Shown in pieces: positions 1 through 13,249 of a DNA stretch of 64,000 nt. The stretch is from contig NW_027590121.1 in assembly GCF_964213995.1 (NCBI RefSeq), forward strand, positions 1,426,001 through 1,490,000. The letters run 5' to 3'. This DNA is from Mustelus asterias. Taxonomy: Eukaryota. Position numbers and translations under genes: made by a program. Every line of letters starts with the position of its first letter. Position 1 is the first letter of the stretch. The notes under the pieces are model-generated. The model worked only from the letters and a program-made list of their open reading frames with translations. It was not told the origin of the DNA and did not search any database.

Positions 1-747
1 GGAGTTTAACCCTGATAAGTGCGAGGTGATTCATTTTGGTAGGACTAATTTAAATGTGGATTACAGGGTCAACAGCAGGGTTCTGAGGAATGTGGAGGAA
101 CAGAGAGATCTTGGGGTTCATATCCACAGATCTCTGAAGGTTGCCACTCAAGTGGATAGAGCTGTGAAGAAGGCCTATTGTGTGTTTATTAACAGGGGGT
201 TGGAGTTTAAGAGCCGTGGGGTTATGCTGCAACTGTACAGGACCTTGGTGCGACCACATTTGGAATATTGTGTGCAGTTCTGGTGACCTCACTATAAGAA
301 GGATGTGGAAGCACTGGAAAGACTGCAAAGGAGATTTACCAGGATGCTGCCTGGTTTGGAGGGTAGGTCTTATGAGGAAAGGTTGAGGGAGCTAAGGCTT
401 TTCTCTTTAGAGTGGAGGAGGTTGAGAGGCGACTTAATCGAGGTTTATAAGATGATGCAGGGGATAGATAGAGTGGACGTTCAGAGACTATTTCCTCGGG
501 TGGATGTAGCTGTTACTAGGGGGCATAACTATAAGGTTCGTAGTGGAAGATAGAGGAGGGATGTACGAGGTAGGTTCTTTACTCAGAGAGTGGTTGGGGT
601 GTGGAATGGACTGCCTGCTCTGATAGTGGAGTCAGACACTTTAGGAACTTTCAAGCGGTTATTGGATAGGCACATGGAGCACACTAGAATGATAGGGAGT
701 GGGATAGCTTGATCTTGGTTTCGGAAAAGTTTCGGCACAACATCGTG
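1..747 (+). mobile_element. CR1-type LINE, 3' end (RT C-terminus and tail), degenerate
   Basis: ORFs 26..286 and 305..553 carry the CR1 ORF2 C-terminal motifs [23 protein letters not shown] and RRLRGDLIEVYK. Nearly identical to 20311-21063. Confidence 0.93.
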
Positions 748-796
748 AAACATTTGAAAAAGGGTGGATTAAAAGTTCTCAAAATTAGTTTTTTTT

Positions 797-1082
797 AAAG
801 TTTATTTATTTGTCACAGTAAAGCTTGCATTAACACTGCAATGAAGTTACTGTGAAATTCCCCCAGTCGCCACACTCCGGTGCTTGTTCAGGTCAATGCA
901 CGGAACCAACACGTCTTTCAGACAGAGAGGAAACCAGAGCACCCGAAGGAAACCCAAGCAGACACGGGGAGAATATGCACAGACAGTGACCCAAGCCGGG
1001 AATCGAACCCGGGTCCCTGGCGCTGTGAGGCAGCAGTGCTAAAAACTGTGCCACCATGCCGTCACTGTCACTGTGCCACCAT
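797..1082 (-). mobile_element. tRNA-derived shark SINE (HE1-like)
   Basis: The reverse strand reads ggcatggtggcacag...cctcacagcgccagggacccgggttcgattcc (A/B-box-like head) and ends in an AATAAATAAACTTT tail. Several other copies occur in the window. Confidence 0.8.
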
Positions 1083-2459
1083 GGATGTCAGCGCCATTTC
1101 TTTGTTTTAATCTAATGACCACATGGTCTGGGAATCATTTCAATTTCATAATCTCTCCTTTTAAACTCTTTCCTTCAGTATCCAATTCCAGAATTTTCCT
1201 TTTCATTGTGTTAATTGCATCAGGGATAAATCTTTGGATCCGACAGGAAGTTTAACTCAAGATCAATCCAACACAGGATTGGTCAGAATCATTTCACATG
1301 TCCCAAATTTTAAATAACCATTACAAATTAAAACTCTCATTCTCACATGTGAATTGTATCGGGATTGAAATTCCTGCATGTTTAGTAAAATATCCTGGAA
1401 TCATATCTCTGGCCAGTAAATATGGTTCCAGGTTTATAACTTATGAAAAAAAGCTTTATTAACTACACTTACTTATTTAAAATCTGTTTGATTTAAATCA
1501 CAGACAGAAAACCTGAAAGCTTGAAGCATTCAACCCACAAATATCATCCATACACAGGCAGAGAAACTTAGCATGTGCTTTACAACAACAATAACCAGAA
1601 TGAATTCCTTAAGCGTTCTTGTGGTTCTGCTTTTAAACTTCCAGAAATGCCTTTAATTAAAGACTCAAGATAAGGTTAATTCCCCAGAAAGATAAACCTT
1701 AACAAATGTAGCCCAAAACAATGACAAAACGCATTAACAAACATCCACATAAAACAAATGAAACATGCAGGTTCTCACAGCTCGTAAATTTCAAACAATG
1801 AATCGTCAGCGTTCTCTCTCTCTCTCTCAGCTATAGCTTCTTAAAGTGACAGAGCACTACAAGCTCACAACTCCTTGAATAAGATACAAGATCCTCCATT
1901 CTAACTTAACCTTTTCAAGCTAACTTCCAAGACCTGGTTCATAGGCAAAATCGCAAACAAGTTACCAGCGGAAAAATCTTTGTTCTTTACCTGAGGTTGA
2001 GGTGACAACACGATAAAATTCTCAGTTATTCCAAATTCCTCCAGGCTATGCGTAAATTTCCACATTTAACTGGATCCTATAAATCCTCAATTATAAACTA
2101 AAATAGACAGATTAGTTTCTGGGTGATTTAAAAACAAATCAAATGTCTGCTGAAAGGATTAACTTTTCTACAGAACCTAAAGGGGTGGGGAGTGAGCGGG
2201 AAAAACTTGGCACACAATTACGTCACTTTATACAAGTTTAAAAAACTTCTCTATCAACCAAACAAACTTGATTTTAAACTTCATCTATTAATTTTTTATT
2301 ATTTTCCTCAACCTAATTATTTTCATTTGATCAGTTTTTGTTAGGGATGGGTAACTTCTGTTCTTTATAAACTGGTTCACTCATTTTGTTAATTCTACAT
2401 GGGCTCGGGAATCAGAACCCAGACTTTATCATCCTGACCATTTTAGTCCTTTTGCCACC

Positions 2460-3063
2460 AGAGGGGAACAATGGGTGGGGGCGGGGCTCCCGGGTCCGAT
2501 CGCCCGCCAGGGCCTGCGCACTGGAACCCGGAGACGTCACCGCGGAGCAGGGTGATTCCGATTGGCTGATTCAGGCAGGCCTCCATTGTGATGTCACAAT
2601 GCGGAAGTTGTCCAATGAGCTTCAGAGTGAAACTTCCTCCTCTGGACAACATCTGGGAGGAAATCAATGTTTCTCCCTTTCCATTTCTTTTCTCATTCTG
2701 GGGGAAATTGGGGACGTGCAGCAACTGAAGGGAATGAAGTGAATTCGGTCTGTATATTCCACACATTTAACTCCAGTAATGTAGACATTTATCTGTCTGG
2801 CCGCCTGCAGGGAAATTTTCAGCTCTCTGTGTCCAGGGCAGGAAGCAGTGAGCATGGATCTGTCAAATCAGCCTCAATCAGCACCTTCAGGAGAATTGGG
2901 AGGGTGAATATTAGATACAGCAGAGTGAGAATGGAGGGAGAGTGTGTGGGAGGGAGATTCACAGCTTTGGGGAATGAGAGAGGAAAGAATGTTCCATAGA
3001 AATTAGAATAGTCTGTTCTCAATTTCTCTCCTGTGCTGACAGTGATGACTTTTGTAAATTCCT
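2460..3063 (+). repeat. Duplicated ZNF promoter/exon-1/intron module, truncated before the finger exon
   Basis: Near-identical to 10851-11455 (GC box, CCAAT, tgtgatgtcaca palindrome, ggaagt, donor gaa|gtgaat). It stops at the acceptor and has no finger exon. Confidence 0.8.
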
Positions 3064-3694
3064 TGATTTCTTTAAAACAGAAATTAAACATTCCCATTTG
3101 GTTTCAGGTATTAACATATTCTGTTAGTTTGTTCTTTATTGTCAATGTCAGGCTGGGGTTGTTCCTCTTGGAGCAAAGGAGGTTGAGGGGAGATTTGATA
3201 GAGGTGGACAAGATTCTGACAGGTTTAGATAAGGTGGACAAAGAAAAGCTGTTCCCATTAGCTGACGGGACAAGGACGAGGGGGGTCACAGATTTATGGT
3301 TTTGGGTCAGAGAGGAAGGGGGGACGTGAGGAAGAATATTTTGATGCAGCGAATGGTTATGACCTGGAACTCGCTGCCTACAAGGGTGAAGGACAATAAA
3401 CAATTACAAAGGAAATTGGTTGGACATTTGGGGCGTTTCAAACAGAAATGCTGACTAAATATCTCTGAACTTCCTAACACTGTCACTCTGTGATCCTTGA
3501 GAAATCTGAAACCAGGTATTCGCAACAAGACTCAAAGAGCATCAGCCCACTGGAGGCAAAGTCGTGAGACCGACCAGTCCAGCAGAAAGAAACCCTCCGA
3601 CCCTCCCCAATGACCAACTATGAGAATGAACAAAATGCAGTCCTGGATGGAATTGAGAGCAGAAACAATAACAGCAGAATCCAAACCCCTGGAA

Positions 3695-5041
3695 TCACTC
3701 ATGAACCTTTTGGTGTCTCAGCAGGTGGGATGAAACTCTGAATCCCTTCCCACACTGAGAGCAGGTGAATGGCCTCTCCCCAGTGTGAATGCGCTGGTGT
3801 GTCCGCAGGTCAGATAATTGACTGAACCCCTTCCCACACTGAGAGCAGGTGAATGGTTTCTCCCCAGTGTGAACTCGCTGGTGTCTCCGCAGGGTGGATA
3901 AATCAGTGAATCCCTTGCCACACTGAGAGCAGGTGAACGGTCTCTCCCCAGTGTGAATTCGCTGGTGCGTCTGGAGGTTAGATAATTGACTGAACCCCTT
4001 CCCACACTGAGAGCAGGTGAAAGGCCACTCCCCAGTGTGAACTCGCTGGTGTCTCCGCAGGGTGGATAAATCAGTGAATCCCTTCCCACACTGAGAGCAG
4101 GTGAATGGTCTCTCCCCAGTGTGAATTCGCTGGTGCGTCTGCAGGTTAGATAATTGACTGAATCCCTTCCCACACTGAGAGCAGGTGAATGGCCACTCCC
4201 CAGTGTGAACTCGCTGATGTGCCTGCAGGCTGGATAACTGACAGAATCCCTTCTCACACTGAGAGCAGGTGAATGGCCTTTCCCCAGTGTGAACTCGCTG
4301 GTGTGTCTGCAGGTTAGATAATTGACTGAATCCCTTCCCACACTGAGAGCAGGTGAATGGCCTCTCCCCAGTGTGAACTCGCTGGTGTCTCCGCAGGGTG
4401 AATAAATCAGTGAATCCCTTCTCACACTGAGAGCAGGTGAACGGTCTCTCCCCAGTGTGAACACGCAGGTGCGTCTGCAGCTTAGATAATTGACTGAATC
4501 CCTTCTCACACTGAGAGCAGGTGAACGGCCTCTCCCCAGTGTGAACTCGCTGGTGTCTCTGCAGGGTGGATAAATCAGTGAATCCTTTCTCACACTGAGA
4601 GCAGGTGAATGGTCTCTCCCCAGTGTGAACTCGCTCGTGTCTCTGCAGGTTAGCTAATTGACTGAACCCCTTCTCACACTCAGAGCAGGTGAACGGCCTC
4701 TCCCCAGTGTGAACTCGCTGGTGATTCCGCAGGCTGGATAAATCAGTGAATCCCTTCTCACACTGAGAGCAGGTGAACGGTCTCTCCCCAGTATGAACTC
4801 GCTGGTGTGCCTGCAGGCTGGATAACTGAGTGAATCCCTTCCCACACTGAGAGCAGGTGAATGGTCTCTCCCCAGTATGAACTCGCTGGTGTGCCTGCAG
4901 GTGAGATAACCGAGTGAATCCCTCCCCACACTGAGAGCAAGTAAATGGTCTCTCCCCAGTGTGGCTGCGCCGATGAGCTTCCAGCTCATGTGGGTATCTG
5001 TATCCCTTCCCACAGTCTGCACATTTCCATGGTTTCTCCAT
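3695..5041 (-). CDS. C2H2 zinc-finger protein, 16 tandem fingers (no KRAB seen)
   Basis: Uninterrupted ORF with 16 CxxC-x12-HxxxH fingers and HTGE(R/K)PF linkers. Likely start is MEKPWKC at 5041, in a terminal exon whose acceptor (ttttacag|G) is at 5365. Confidence 0.92.
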   Translation of the reverse strand: MEKPWKCADCGKGYRYPHELEAHRRSHTGERPFTCSQCGEGFTRLSHLQAHQRVHTGERPFTCSQCGKGFTQLSSLQAHQRVHTGERPFTCSQCEKGFTDLSSLRNHQRVHTGERPFTCSECEKGFSQLANLQRHERVHTGERPFTCSQCEKGFTDLSTLQRHQRVHTGERPFTCSQCEKGFSQLSKLQTHLRVHTGERPFTCSQCEKGFTDLFTLRRHQRVHTGERPFTCSQCGKGFSQLSNLQTHQRVHTGERPFTCSQCEKGFCQLSSLQAHQRVHTGEWPFTCSQCGKGFSQLSNLQTHQRIHTGERPFTCSQCGKGFTDLSTLRRHQRVHTGEWPFTCSQCGKGFSQLSNLQTHQRIHTGERPFTCSQCGKGFTDLSTLRRHQRVHTGEKPFTCSQCGKGFSQLSDLRTHQRIHTGERPFTCSQCGKGFRVSSHLLRHQKVHE

Positions 5042-6074
5042 GGTGCAGGTGTCCTTGCCTCTCTCTTCAGTTGAAGACTCGTCCACACACAGAACAGTCC
5101 CCCCACCCCCGCTGTGAATGGTGTGATATTTATTCAGGCTGTGTAACTGGTTCAAGCTCAGTGCACTGGAACACTCTCACTCCTGTGTGGCAATGTGTTG
5201 GCGCTTTTACAGTCACATTAATGTTTGAAATCTTTTCAAGTCATCAGGCCGGACAACCATTTCTCCTCGATTCAAAGGCCAATGATATTCAGGTCCCAAG
5301 GAATGTGACTGTCAGATCTAGATGTGACGTTTGAGATTTCAGCCTGTGATTCCTCTTTCAATATCCTGTAAAACAAGTTTAGAGAAGTCATCAGTGTCAG
5401 TGCAGGATAGAAATTCAGAACACACAATTCTAGTTTCGATGGAACATTCTTTCCTCTCTCCAGACTCGAAACATTGGCTCTTTTCTCTCTCCATCTGGTG
5501 GATAGCGTGGGAAATGATGCTGTGGTAGATCAGCCAATTCTCAATGAATGGTTGAGGCAATTCGATGGGCTGAATGGCCAACTGCAGCTCCTGTTTCTTA
5601 TGATTTGTGTGTGGTGGACAGGAAGCAGTGAGCATGGATCCGTCAATCAGCCTCAATCAGCACCTTCAGGAGAATTGGGAGGGTGGATATTAGATACAGC
5701 AGAGTGAGAATGGAGGGAGAGTGTGTGGAATGGAGATTTACAGCTTTTGGGGAATGAGAGAGGAAAGAATGTTCATTAGAATCATAGAGTTCTTACACCT
5801 TATCAACCGTCCCTGAGCTTTCACAATGAATCTCTCTTCTCAGGACACTCTTATCTCTGACTTGTCTGTGCTGCTCGCAGTCTCACAAAGCAGCTGCCTG
5901 TGTGTTGATACAAGGGGCCCTGCGAGGCAAGTTTAATGCTCCATGACTGTGTCTTTAATGACTGAATAACTATAGGAATATGGTCAAGTCAGCTAAATCA
6001 CATGATGCTTTATATTTCGGTTAGTAACGGTCCATTTTGTTAACATAGCACATTTGGATATATAAATACATATA

Positions 6075-6253
6075 AAAGCAAAATATTGCGGATGCTGGAA
6101 TCTTAAACCAAAACAGAAAATGCTGGAAAATGTCAGCAGGTCTGACAGCATCTGTGGAGAGAGAATAGAGCCAACATTTAAAGTCTGGATGACCCTTCAT
6201 CAGAGTTCTGACAAAGGGTCATCCAGACTCGAAACGTTGGCCTATTCTCTCTC
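6075..6253. mobile_element. Short palindromic repeat (probably Penelope-derived) with two degenerate hammerhead-like cores
   Basis: Head-to-head copies centred near 6205. Plus strand: ctgacaa-agggtc-atcca-gactc-gaaacgttggc. Minus strand: ctgatga-agggtc-atcca-gactt-taaatgttggc. Related pieces at ~10370-10515, ~24320-24350, ~29860-29975 and ~52950-53045. Confidence 0.5.
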
Positions 6254-6852
6254 TATAAATATATATAGGACAGCTGCCTCAGCCTTGGCCCACTCTAACA
6301 CATGCACGAAGCAGGGCTGACTATGTGGAAATGCTCAGATTATAGTTTCCTGCCTTCTCTGTAACAGTTTGTTTTTCGACTTGCAGACCTTCAAAGGAGT
6401 CAGTGTCTGCTATTTCAGCACGAACAGGCTAATCTTCACCTACGTAGGCCCCAGAACATTCTGCTTTTCGGCCTTCACCAGAGGGTGAGCAAGACCAGAT
6501 TTCTCCATAACAAATACCAAAGGCGAGATATGGGGATATGCTATGCAAATAAAAGATGAGCAGAAGTCAATTTTGAATGTGAAAGAGTGAAAAGCTAGGA
6601 TTTAATTGGCGAATATGTCCGTCAATGAAGGATTAGAAACATTCCTGGTTTCTGATTTGCTGTAATTGACTATTATTGCCAAGTTATTTTTCTGTAACAT
6701 CAGAACCACTTGCGGGACAGCTGCACAGGGTTTCTCATTGTGCACAAGTTATTAAAGGCCCCACATTGGATTGTGCGTGGTGTCCAGTGCTGTTTGTACT
6801 CAAGTCGACTAAGAATGCCTAAAGTTGCTGTGACCCAGGATCTCTGACAACT

Positions 6853-7100
6853 CTCCCTAACCAGACCTTGACTATCCAAAGGTTGGTCAGAATCCTCTCC
6901 AGTAACTTACCCGCCACTGTTGTCAGGCTCACCGGCCTGTAATTACCAGGCTTCTCTTTGCAACCCTTCTTAAACAATGGAACAACATTAGCCAATCTCT
7001 CGTCTTCCAGAACTTTGTCAGTGGAAAGGGATGAAGCAAATACCTCTGCAAGACCCTCTGCAATTTCTTCCCCAAACTCCCACAAGATCCAAGGATGTAC
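6853..7100 (-). mobile_element. CR1-type LINE RT fragment
   Basis: ANVVPLFKKGCKEKPGNYRPVSLT motif in ORF 6819..7187. Confidence 0.88.
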
Positions 7101-7519
7101 TTGATTTGATTTATTGTTGTCACACGTATTAGTATACAGTGAAAAGAATTGTTTCTTGTGGCTATACTGACAAAGCATACAGTTCATAGAGAAGGAAAGG
7201 AGAGAGTGCAGAATGTAGTGTTACAGTCATAGCTAAGGTGGACAGAAAGATCAACTTAGAGCGAGGTAGGTCCATTCAAAAGTCTGCTGGCAACAGGGAA
7301 GAAGCTGTTCTTGAGTTGGTTGGTACGTGAGCTCAGACTTTTGTATCGTTCCCTCAAAGGAAAAAGGTGGAAGAGAGAATCTCCGGGGTGCGAGGGTTGA
7401 TTATGCTGGCTGCTTTTCCGAGGCAGCCGGATGTGTACACAGAGTCAATGGATGGGAGGCAGGTTTGGGTGATGGACTGGGCTTCATTCACAATCCTTTG
7501 AGAAACACTTTGTTGAGAA

Positions 7520-9180
7520 AAGCATGGATATTAAGGAACTCGAGGAAATAAATCGTGATGACTTGAGGAGTGCACATATAACAGAGAAGGTGGTGCTGGA
7601 CGTTTTAAAGCGCATCAAGGTAGATAAATCCCCGGGAACTGATGAAGTGTATCCCAGGACATCGTGGAAGGCTAGGGAGGAAATTATGGGTCCCCTAGCA
7701 GAGATATTTGAATCATCAATAGTCACAGGTGAGGTGCCTGAAGATTGGAGGGTGGCAAATGTTGTGCCTTTGTTTAAAAAGGGCTGCAGGTAAAAGTCTG
7801 GGAACGAGAGGCCGGTGAGCCTCACATCTGTAGGGGGTAAGTTGTTAGAAGGTATTTTGAGAGTCAGGATCTGCAGGAATTTAGAGATGCAAGGACTGAT
7901 TAGGGGCAGTCAGCAAGGCTTTGAGAGTGGAAAATCATGTCTCACAAATTTGATTGAGTTTTTTGAAGAGGTAACTAAGAAGGTAAATGAGGGCAGTGCA
8001 GTTGATGTTGTCTACATGGATTTTAGCAAGGCCTTTGACAAGGTACCATATGGTAGGTTGTTGCATAAGGTTAAATCTCACGGGATCCAGGGTAAGGTAG
8101 CCAAATGGATACAAAATTGGCTTGGTGACAGAAGACAGAGGATAGTTGTGGAGGGTTGTTTTTCAAACTGGAGGTCTGTTATTTGTCATTTATATTAATG
8201 ATTTGGATGAGAATTTAGGAATGATTTGGATGAGAATTTAGTAGGCATGGTTAGTAAGTTTATAGATGACACCAAGATTGGTAGCATAGTGATCAGTGAG
8301 GAAGGTTATTGAGGATTGCGATGGGATCCTGATCAATTGGGCCAGTGGGCTGACGAATGGCAGATGGAGTTTAATTTAGACAAATGCGAAGTGATGCATT
8401 TTGGTAGATTGAACCAGGGCAGGACTTACTCAGTTAATGGTTGGGCATTGGGGAGAGATACAGAACAAAGAGATCTAGAGGTACAGGTTCATAGCTCCTT
8501 GAAAGTGGAGTCACAGGTGGACAGAGTGGTGAAGAAGGCATTCGGCATGCTTGGTTTCATTGGTCAGAACAGTGAATACAGGAGTTGGGACGTCTTGTTG
8601 AAGTTGTAAAAGACATTGGTAATGCCACACTTGGAATACTGTGTACAGTTCTGGTCACCCTATTATAGAAAGGATATTATTAAACTAGAAAGAGTGCAGA
8701 AAAGATTTACTAGGATGCTACCATGACTTGATGGTTTGAGTTATAAGGAGAGGCTGGATAGACTGGGAATTTTTTCCTCTGGAGTGTAGGAGGCTTAGGA
8801 GTGAACTTATAGAGGTCTGTAAAATAATGAGGGGCATAGATCTGCTGGTCAATATCTTTTCCCAAAGGTAGGGGAGTTTAAAACTAAAGGGCATATGTTT
8901 AAGGTGAGAGGGAAGAGATATAAAAGGGTCCAGAGGGGCAATTTCTTTCACACAGAGTGTTGTGAGTGTCTGGAATAAGCTGCCAGAGGTAGTAGTAGAG
9001 GCGGGTACAATTTTGTCTTTTAAAAAGCATTTAGACAGTTACATGGGTAAGATGGGTATAGAGGGATATGCGCCAAACACGGGCAATTGGGACTAGCTTC
9101 GGGGTTAAAAAAAGGGGCAGCATGGACAAGCTGGGCCAAAGGGCTTGCTTCCATGCTGTAAACCTGTATGACTCTATGAC
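7520..9180 (+). mobile_element. CR1-type LINE, 5'-truncated, degenerate
   Basis: KSPGTDEVYPR, DFSKAFDKVP and WQMEFNLDKC motifs, broken by stops and frameshifts. Tail ctgtatgactctatgact. Confidence 0.92.
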
Positions 9181-9182
9181 TT

Positions 9183-9331
9183 TGTAGTTTCCTATGGTCT
9201 TGGGCAGAGCTGGAGCTATACCAAGCTGTGATACAACCAGAAAGAATGCTCTCAATGGCGCATCTGTAAAAGTTGGTGAGAGTCGTAGAAGAAATGCCAA
9301 ATTTCCTTCGTCTCCTGAGAAATAGAGGCAT
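9183..9331 (-). mobile_element. Rex1/Babar-like LINE fragment
   Basis: FLRRRRKFGISSTTLTNFYRCAIESILSGCITAWY is typical of the Rex1-clade RT C-terminus. Region 7100-7490 looks like the 3' tail of a related element. Confidence 0.65.
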
Positions 9332-9334
9332 TGA

Positions 9335-10230
9335 TCAGGCCCAGAAGATTTATCCACCTTAACGCACTTCAGGGCTGCAATACCTCCTCCCTCGTAATAT
9401 GCGTGTGGCCCGAGACATCACCACTTGTTTCCCTTATTGCTTTAGCACCCATCATGTTTCCCTCAGTAAACACCAAGGAGAAATATCCATTAAAAATCTC
9501 ACCCATCTCCTGTGGCTCCATGCTCAGATGGCCATGCTGATTTTTAAGGGGACCTATTCTCTCTCTCTCGAGCCACCGTTTTACTCTCAGTATAGTTACA
9601 GAACCTCTTGGGATTTTCTTCAACCTTACCTGCCAGATCGATATCATACCCTCTTTTTGCCCTTCTGATTTCTTCTCAAGTGTTCCCTTACACGTTTTAT
9701 AGTCATAGAGGTTTACAGCATGGAAACAGGCCCTTCGGCCCAACTTCTCCATGCCACCCTTTTTTTAATGACTCAGCAAATCCCAATTGCCTGCGTGTCA
9801 CCCATATCCCTCGATAGTCATCTTACTCATGTCACTGTCTAAATGCTTTTTAAAAGACAAGTGTACCAGTCTCTACTATTACCTGTGGCAGCTTGTTCCA
9901 GACATTGAGGGATTTACTTGTCCCCGATTGCCTAAACCCAATGTATGCTTCCTTCTTTTACTTGGCCAGAGCCTCAATATCCCTTGTCAGCCAGGGATCC
10001 CTATATTTATCATTCTTTCCCTTCACTCTAACAGGAATATACTACTCTTGGACTCTTTATCACACTTTTAAAAGTCTCACATTTGCCAGTCATTCCTTTC
10101 CCTTCAAACAAACTCACCGAATCGAAATCTGCTGGATCCTACCTAATGCCGACAAAATTGGCCCTCCTCCAGTTTAGGGTTTGAACCTGTGGACACGCCT
10201 TATCTTTTTCCAGAACTATTTAAAAACTAA
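9335..10230 (-). mobile_element. Fragmented CR1-type LINE pieces
   Basis: IGPLKNQHGHLSMEPQEMGEIFNGYFSLVFT in ORF 9369..9752, with a nested CR1 3' tail at ~9700-9905. Confidence 0.75.
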
Positions 10231-10529
10231 TGGTGTTTTGCTCAGAGTCTGCAGCCTCCCTGGATTCACTTCCTTTTCTTTCCCTTCAGTTGCTGCAAGT
10301 CCCCAATTTCCCCCAGAATGAGAAAAGAAATGGAAAGGGGGGACAAAAGAAAGTGTTTTACTCACAGGATAAAAGCAAATTACTGCGGATGCTGGAATCT
10401 GAAACCAAAAGAGAAAATGCTGGAAAATCTCAAAGCTTGGACTCGAAAGGTCAGGTCTTTTCTCTCCTTACTGATGCTGCCAGACCTGCTGAGATTTTCC
10501 AGCATTTTCTCGTTTGGTATTTTACTCAC

Positions 10530-11130
10530 AGATGTTGGAGAGGGGAGGAAGTTTCAGTCTGTCTGAAGCTCAATCTTCATTCACACAAAGCCTGCGCTCT
10601 GATTGCTGGAGGACCAGAGTCCTTCCGGTCCTCCAACTCTTTCCATTGGTCAACACTTCAAGCATAAAGGTCGGGGGGGTGGGCACTCCCCGGAACATGC
10701 GCAGCTTCCCCTCTCCCTTGCACAGTCCAGTTTTTTGGGTGGGGGGGGGGGGGGGGGGGGGGGGGGGGGGCGATCACCGAGCAGCTTCTCGCTCTGGCTC
10801 GAGCCGCCAACCGGTTGCCTGGAAACCTTGGCTCGAGTCGGTGGAGGGGGAGGGGAACAATGGGTGGGGGCGGGGCTCCCGGGTCCGCGCGCCCGGGCCT
10901 GCGCACTGGAACCCGGAGACGTCACCGCGGAGCACAGTGATTCCTATTGGCTGATTCAGGCATGCTCCATTGTGATGTCACAATACGGAAGTTGTCCAAT
11001 GAGCTTCAGAGTGAAATTTCCTCCTCTGGGCAACATCTGGGAGGAAATCAATGTTTTCCCCTTTCCATTTCTTTTCTCATTCTGGGGGAAATTGGGGACT
11101 TGCAGCAACTGAAGGGAAGGGAAAGGAAGT
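10530..11130. promoter_or_regulatory. Putative bidirectional CpG promoter and non-coding first exons of head-to-head ZNF genes
   Basis: CpG-rich, with NRF1-like acatgcgca (~10696), GC box (~10867), CCAAT and ETS ggaagt. There is a minus-strand donor (catct|gtgagt, ~10530) and a plus-strand donor (ggaa|gtgaat, ~11128). Confidence 0.55.
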
Positions 11131-11460
11131 GAATCCAGTCTGTATATTCCACACATTGTTCGGCCGGTCAGGTAGACATGTTCCTGTTTGGCAGCCTGCA
11201 TGGAGATTTCCAGCTCTCTGTGTCCAGAACAGGAAGCAGTGAGCATGGATCTGTCAATCAGCCTCAATCAGCACCTTCAGGAGAATTGGGAGGATGAATA
11301 TTAGATACAGCAGAGTGAGAATGGAGGGAGAGTGTGTGGGATGGAGATTTACAGCTTTTGGAGAATGAGAGAGGAAAGAATGCTCCATAGAAACTGGAAC
11401 TGTCTGTTCTGAATTTCTGTCCTGTACTGACACTGATGAATTTTGTAAATTCCTTTTGCA

Positions 11461-12030
11461 GGATATCAGAAGGCGAAAATTTAAAGACGAATATCAAACC
11501 AAACTTCACATCGAAATCTAACATCGTCACTCAGTTCATTGGGACCTGAATATCATCAACCTTTGAATCTAGAATGGAAATGTTTCTCTGCTTCAGGAGA
11601 TTTTGAACATGTGTGACTGGAAAAGCACCGAGACACACACACTGAAACATGCACACACCTGAGTGACTGTGGAAAGAACTTTAACCAGTTAAACAGCCTG
11701 AAAATACATTGCAGCAGAGAGACCGCACCCATGTTATGTTGTAACTGAACTGATTGTCAAGCCTGGAGAGTCACAAGGACACCCGCACCATGGAGAAATT
11801 GTGTAAATGTGGGAACTGTGGGAAAGGATTCAGGTACCCATCTGCACTGGAAACTCATCGGTGCAGTCACACTGGGGAGAGACCATTCGCCTGCCCTGTG
11901 TGTGGGAAGGGATTCAGTCAGTTATCCCATTTACAAACACACCAGGGAGTTCACACTGGGGAGAGGGCATTCACCTGCTCTGTGTGTGGGAAAGGATTCA
12001 CTCAGTTATCCAACCTGCTGAAACACAAGA
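11461..12030 (+). pseudogene. Truncated C2H2 zinc-finger gene (about 3 fingers)
   Basis: Acceptor ttttgcag|G at 11460/11461, then [17 protein letters not shown]... with about 3 fingers. Similarity breaks off abruptly after LLKHK. Confidence 0.8.
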
Positions 12031-12758
12031 TGTCAGAAGCACTGGAATCAGAGAAAAATTGCAATCTTCAAATATTCAAACTCCCTGCAAAAGGAGATTA
12101 CAAGAGTCATGTGTCAATTGTGGCTTGAAATTAAGAAATACACATTTTTTGGGGGCTTGAGATTGCTGTAAAAATCCTCTTTTTCTAACCATCTGTAAAA
12201 GGAGATTCCAAAACCACAGAATCTCTGCAATGCAGAAGGAGGCCTTTTAGCCGATCGAGTCTGCACCAAGTTTCTAACAGAGCACCTTTACTCAGGCCCT
12301 ATCCCTGTAACCTGATGTACGTACATCACTAATCCTTTCCTTCCCCCTCATCTTGGGACACAAAGGGACAATTTAGCATAGTCGATCAACCCACTCTTTG
12401 GAGTGTGGGAGGAAACCAGAGCACCCAGAGGAAACCCACACAGACAGAGGGAGAATGTGCAAACTCATACAGACAATCACCCGAGGCTGGAATTGAACCG
12501 GGTCTCTGGCGCTATGAGACAGAAGTGCTAACCACTGTGTCACCTCCAACAGTCATTTGTCAGTCCCGAATATAAATCCATAACATTCTCCTCTCCTGTT
12601 TTCTAGCATAAGATTACTTAAGATGGAATATACTTACATTGGAAGCAATTCAGACAAGGTTCACGAGCTGATTTCGGGCATGAAGGGGTCTGTTTTATGA
12701 GGAAAGGTTCGGCAGGGTACATCTATGCTCATTGGATTTTAGATAAATGAGATGTGAT

Positions 12759-13226
12759 TGTTGGAGTGAAATTAAGACTGTGACCTTTGAAAGTTAATGC
12801 GTGCGTGACGACAGGGACCGGCTGCACCCAGCACTTATCCTGTGGTTAACAAAGATCATTCTGTTGCTGACTAAATAACGAACTAACCTTTGAGCTACAT
12901 CCTGTTATTGTATAAAAAATACGGAACAGACAAAAAAAACCAGACCGCGAGGTCCAGATGGTCCGTTTAGCTTCAGATAAAGTGGAACCGAAACAAGAAG
13001 TTGTGGGTTTTTGCAAACGGCTGTTTTTGAAGGAATGTGATTGGAGGTCAGTTGTTGCTAGGGGAGCCCAATTGGCTAAATACATGTAATCACCCAAAGT
13101 TAACGACGAAGTAACCGCTAATGTCTGTATGATTAAAGTGTATAAAAGACGGCGAGCCGCCGCTCCAAATTGAGAAGGTGAAAGGCAGCATCCATGAACC
13201 CGGCCTGTCAGTCAATGACTCAAACA
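12759..13226 (+). mobile_element. Possible solo LTR
   Basis: TGTTGGAGT...ACTCAAACA inverted termini and an internal TATAAAA near 13141. No clear TSD. Confidence 0.4.
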
Positions 13227-13249
13227 TTGTCTCTCCTGGTCACCCAAAT

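Noticed and set aside
3718-5106. Long repetitive alternative-frame ORFs over the ZNF array
   Set aside because: These are shadow frames of the 84-bp finger repeat, not separate genes, and the repeat is not a CRISPR array.
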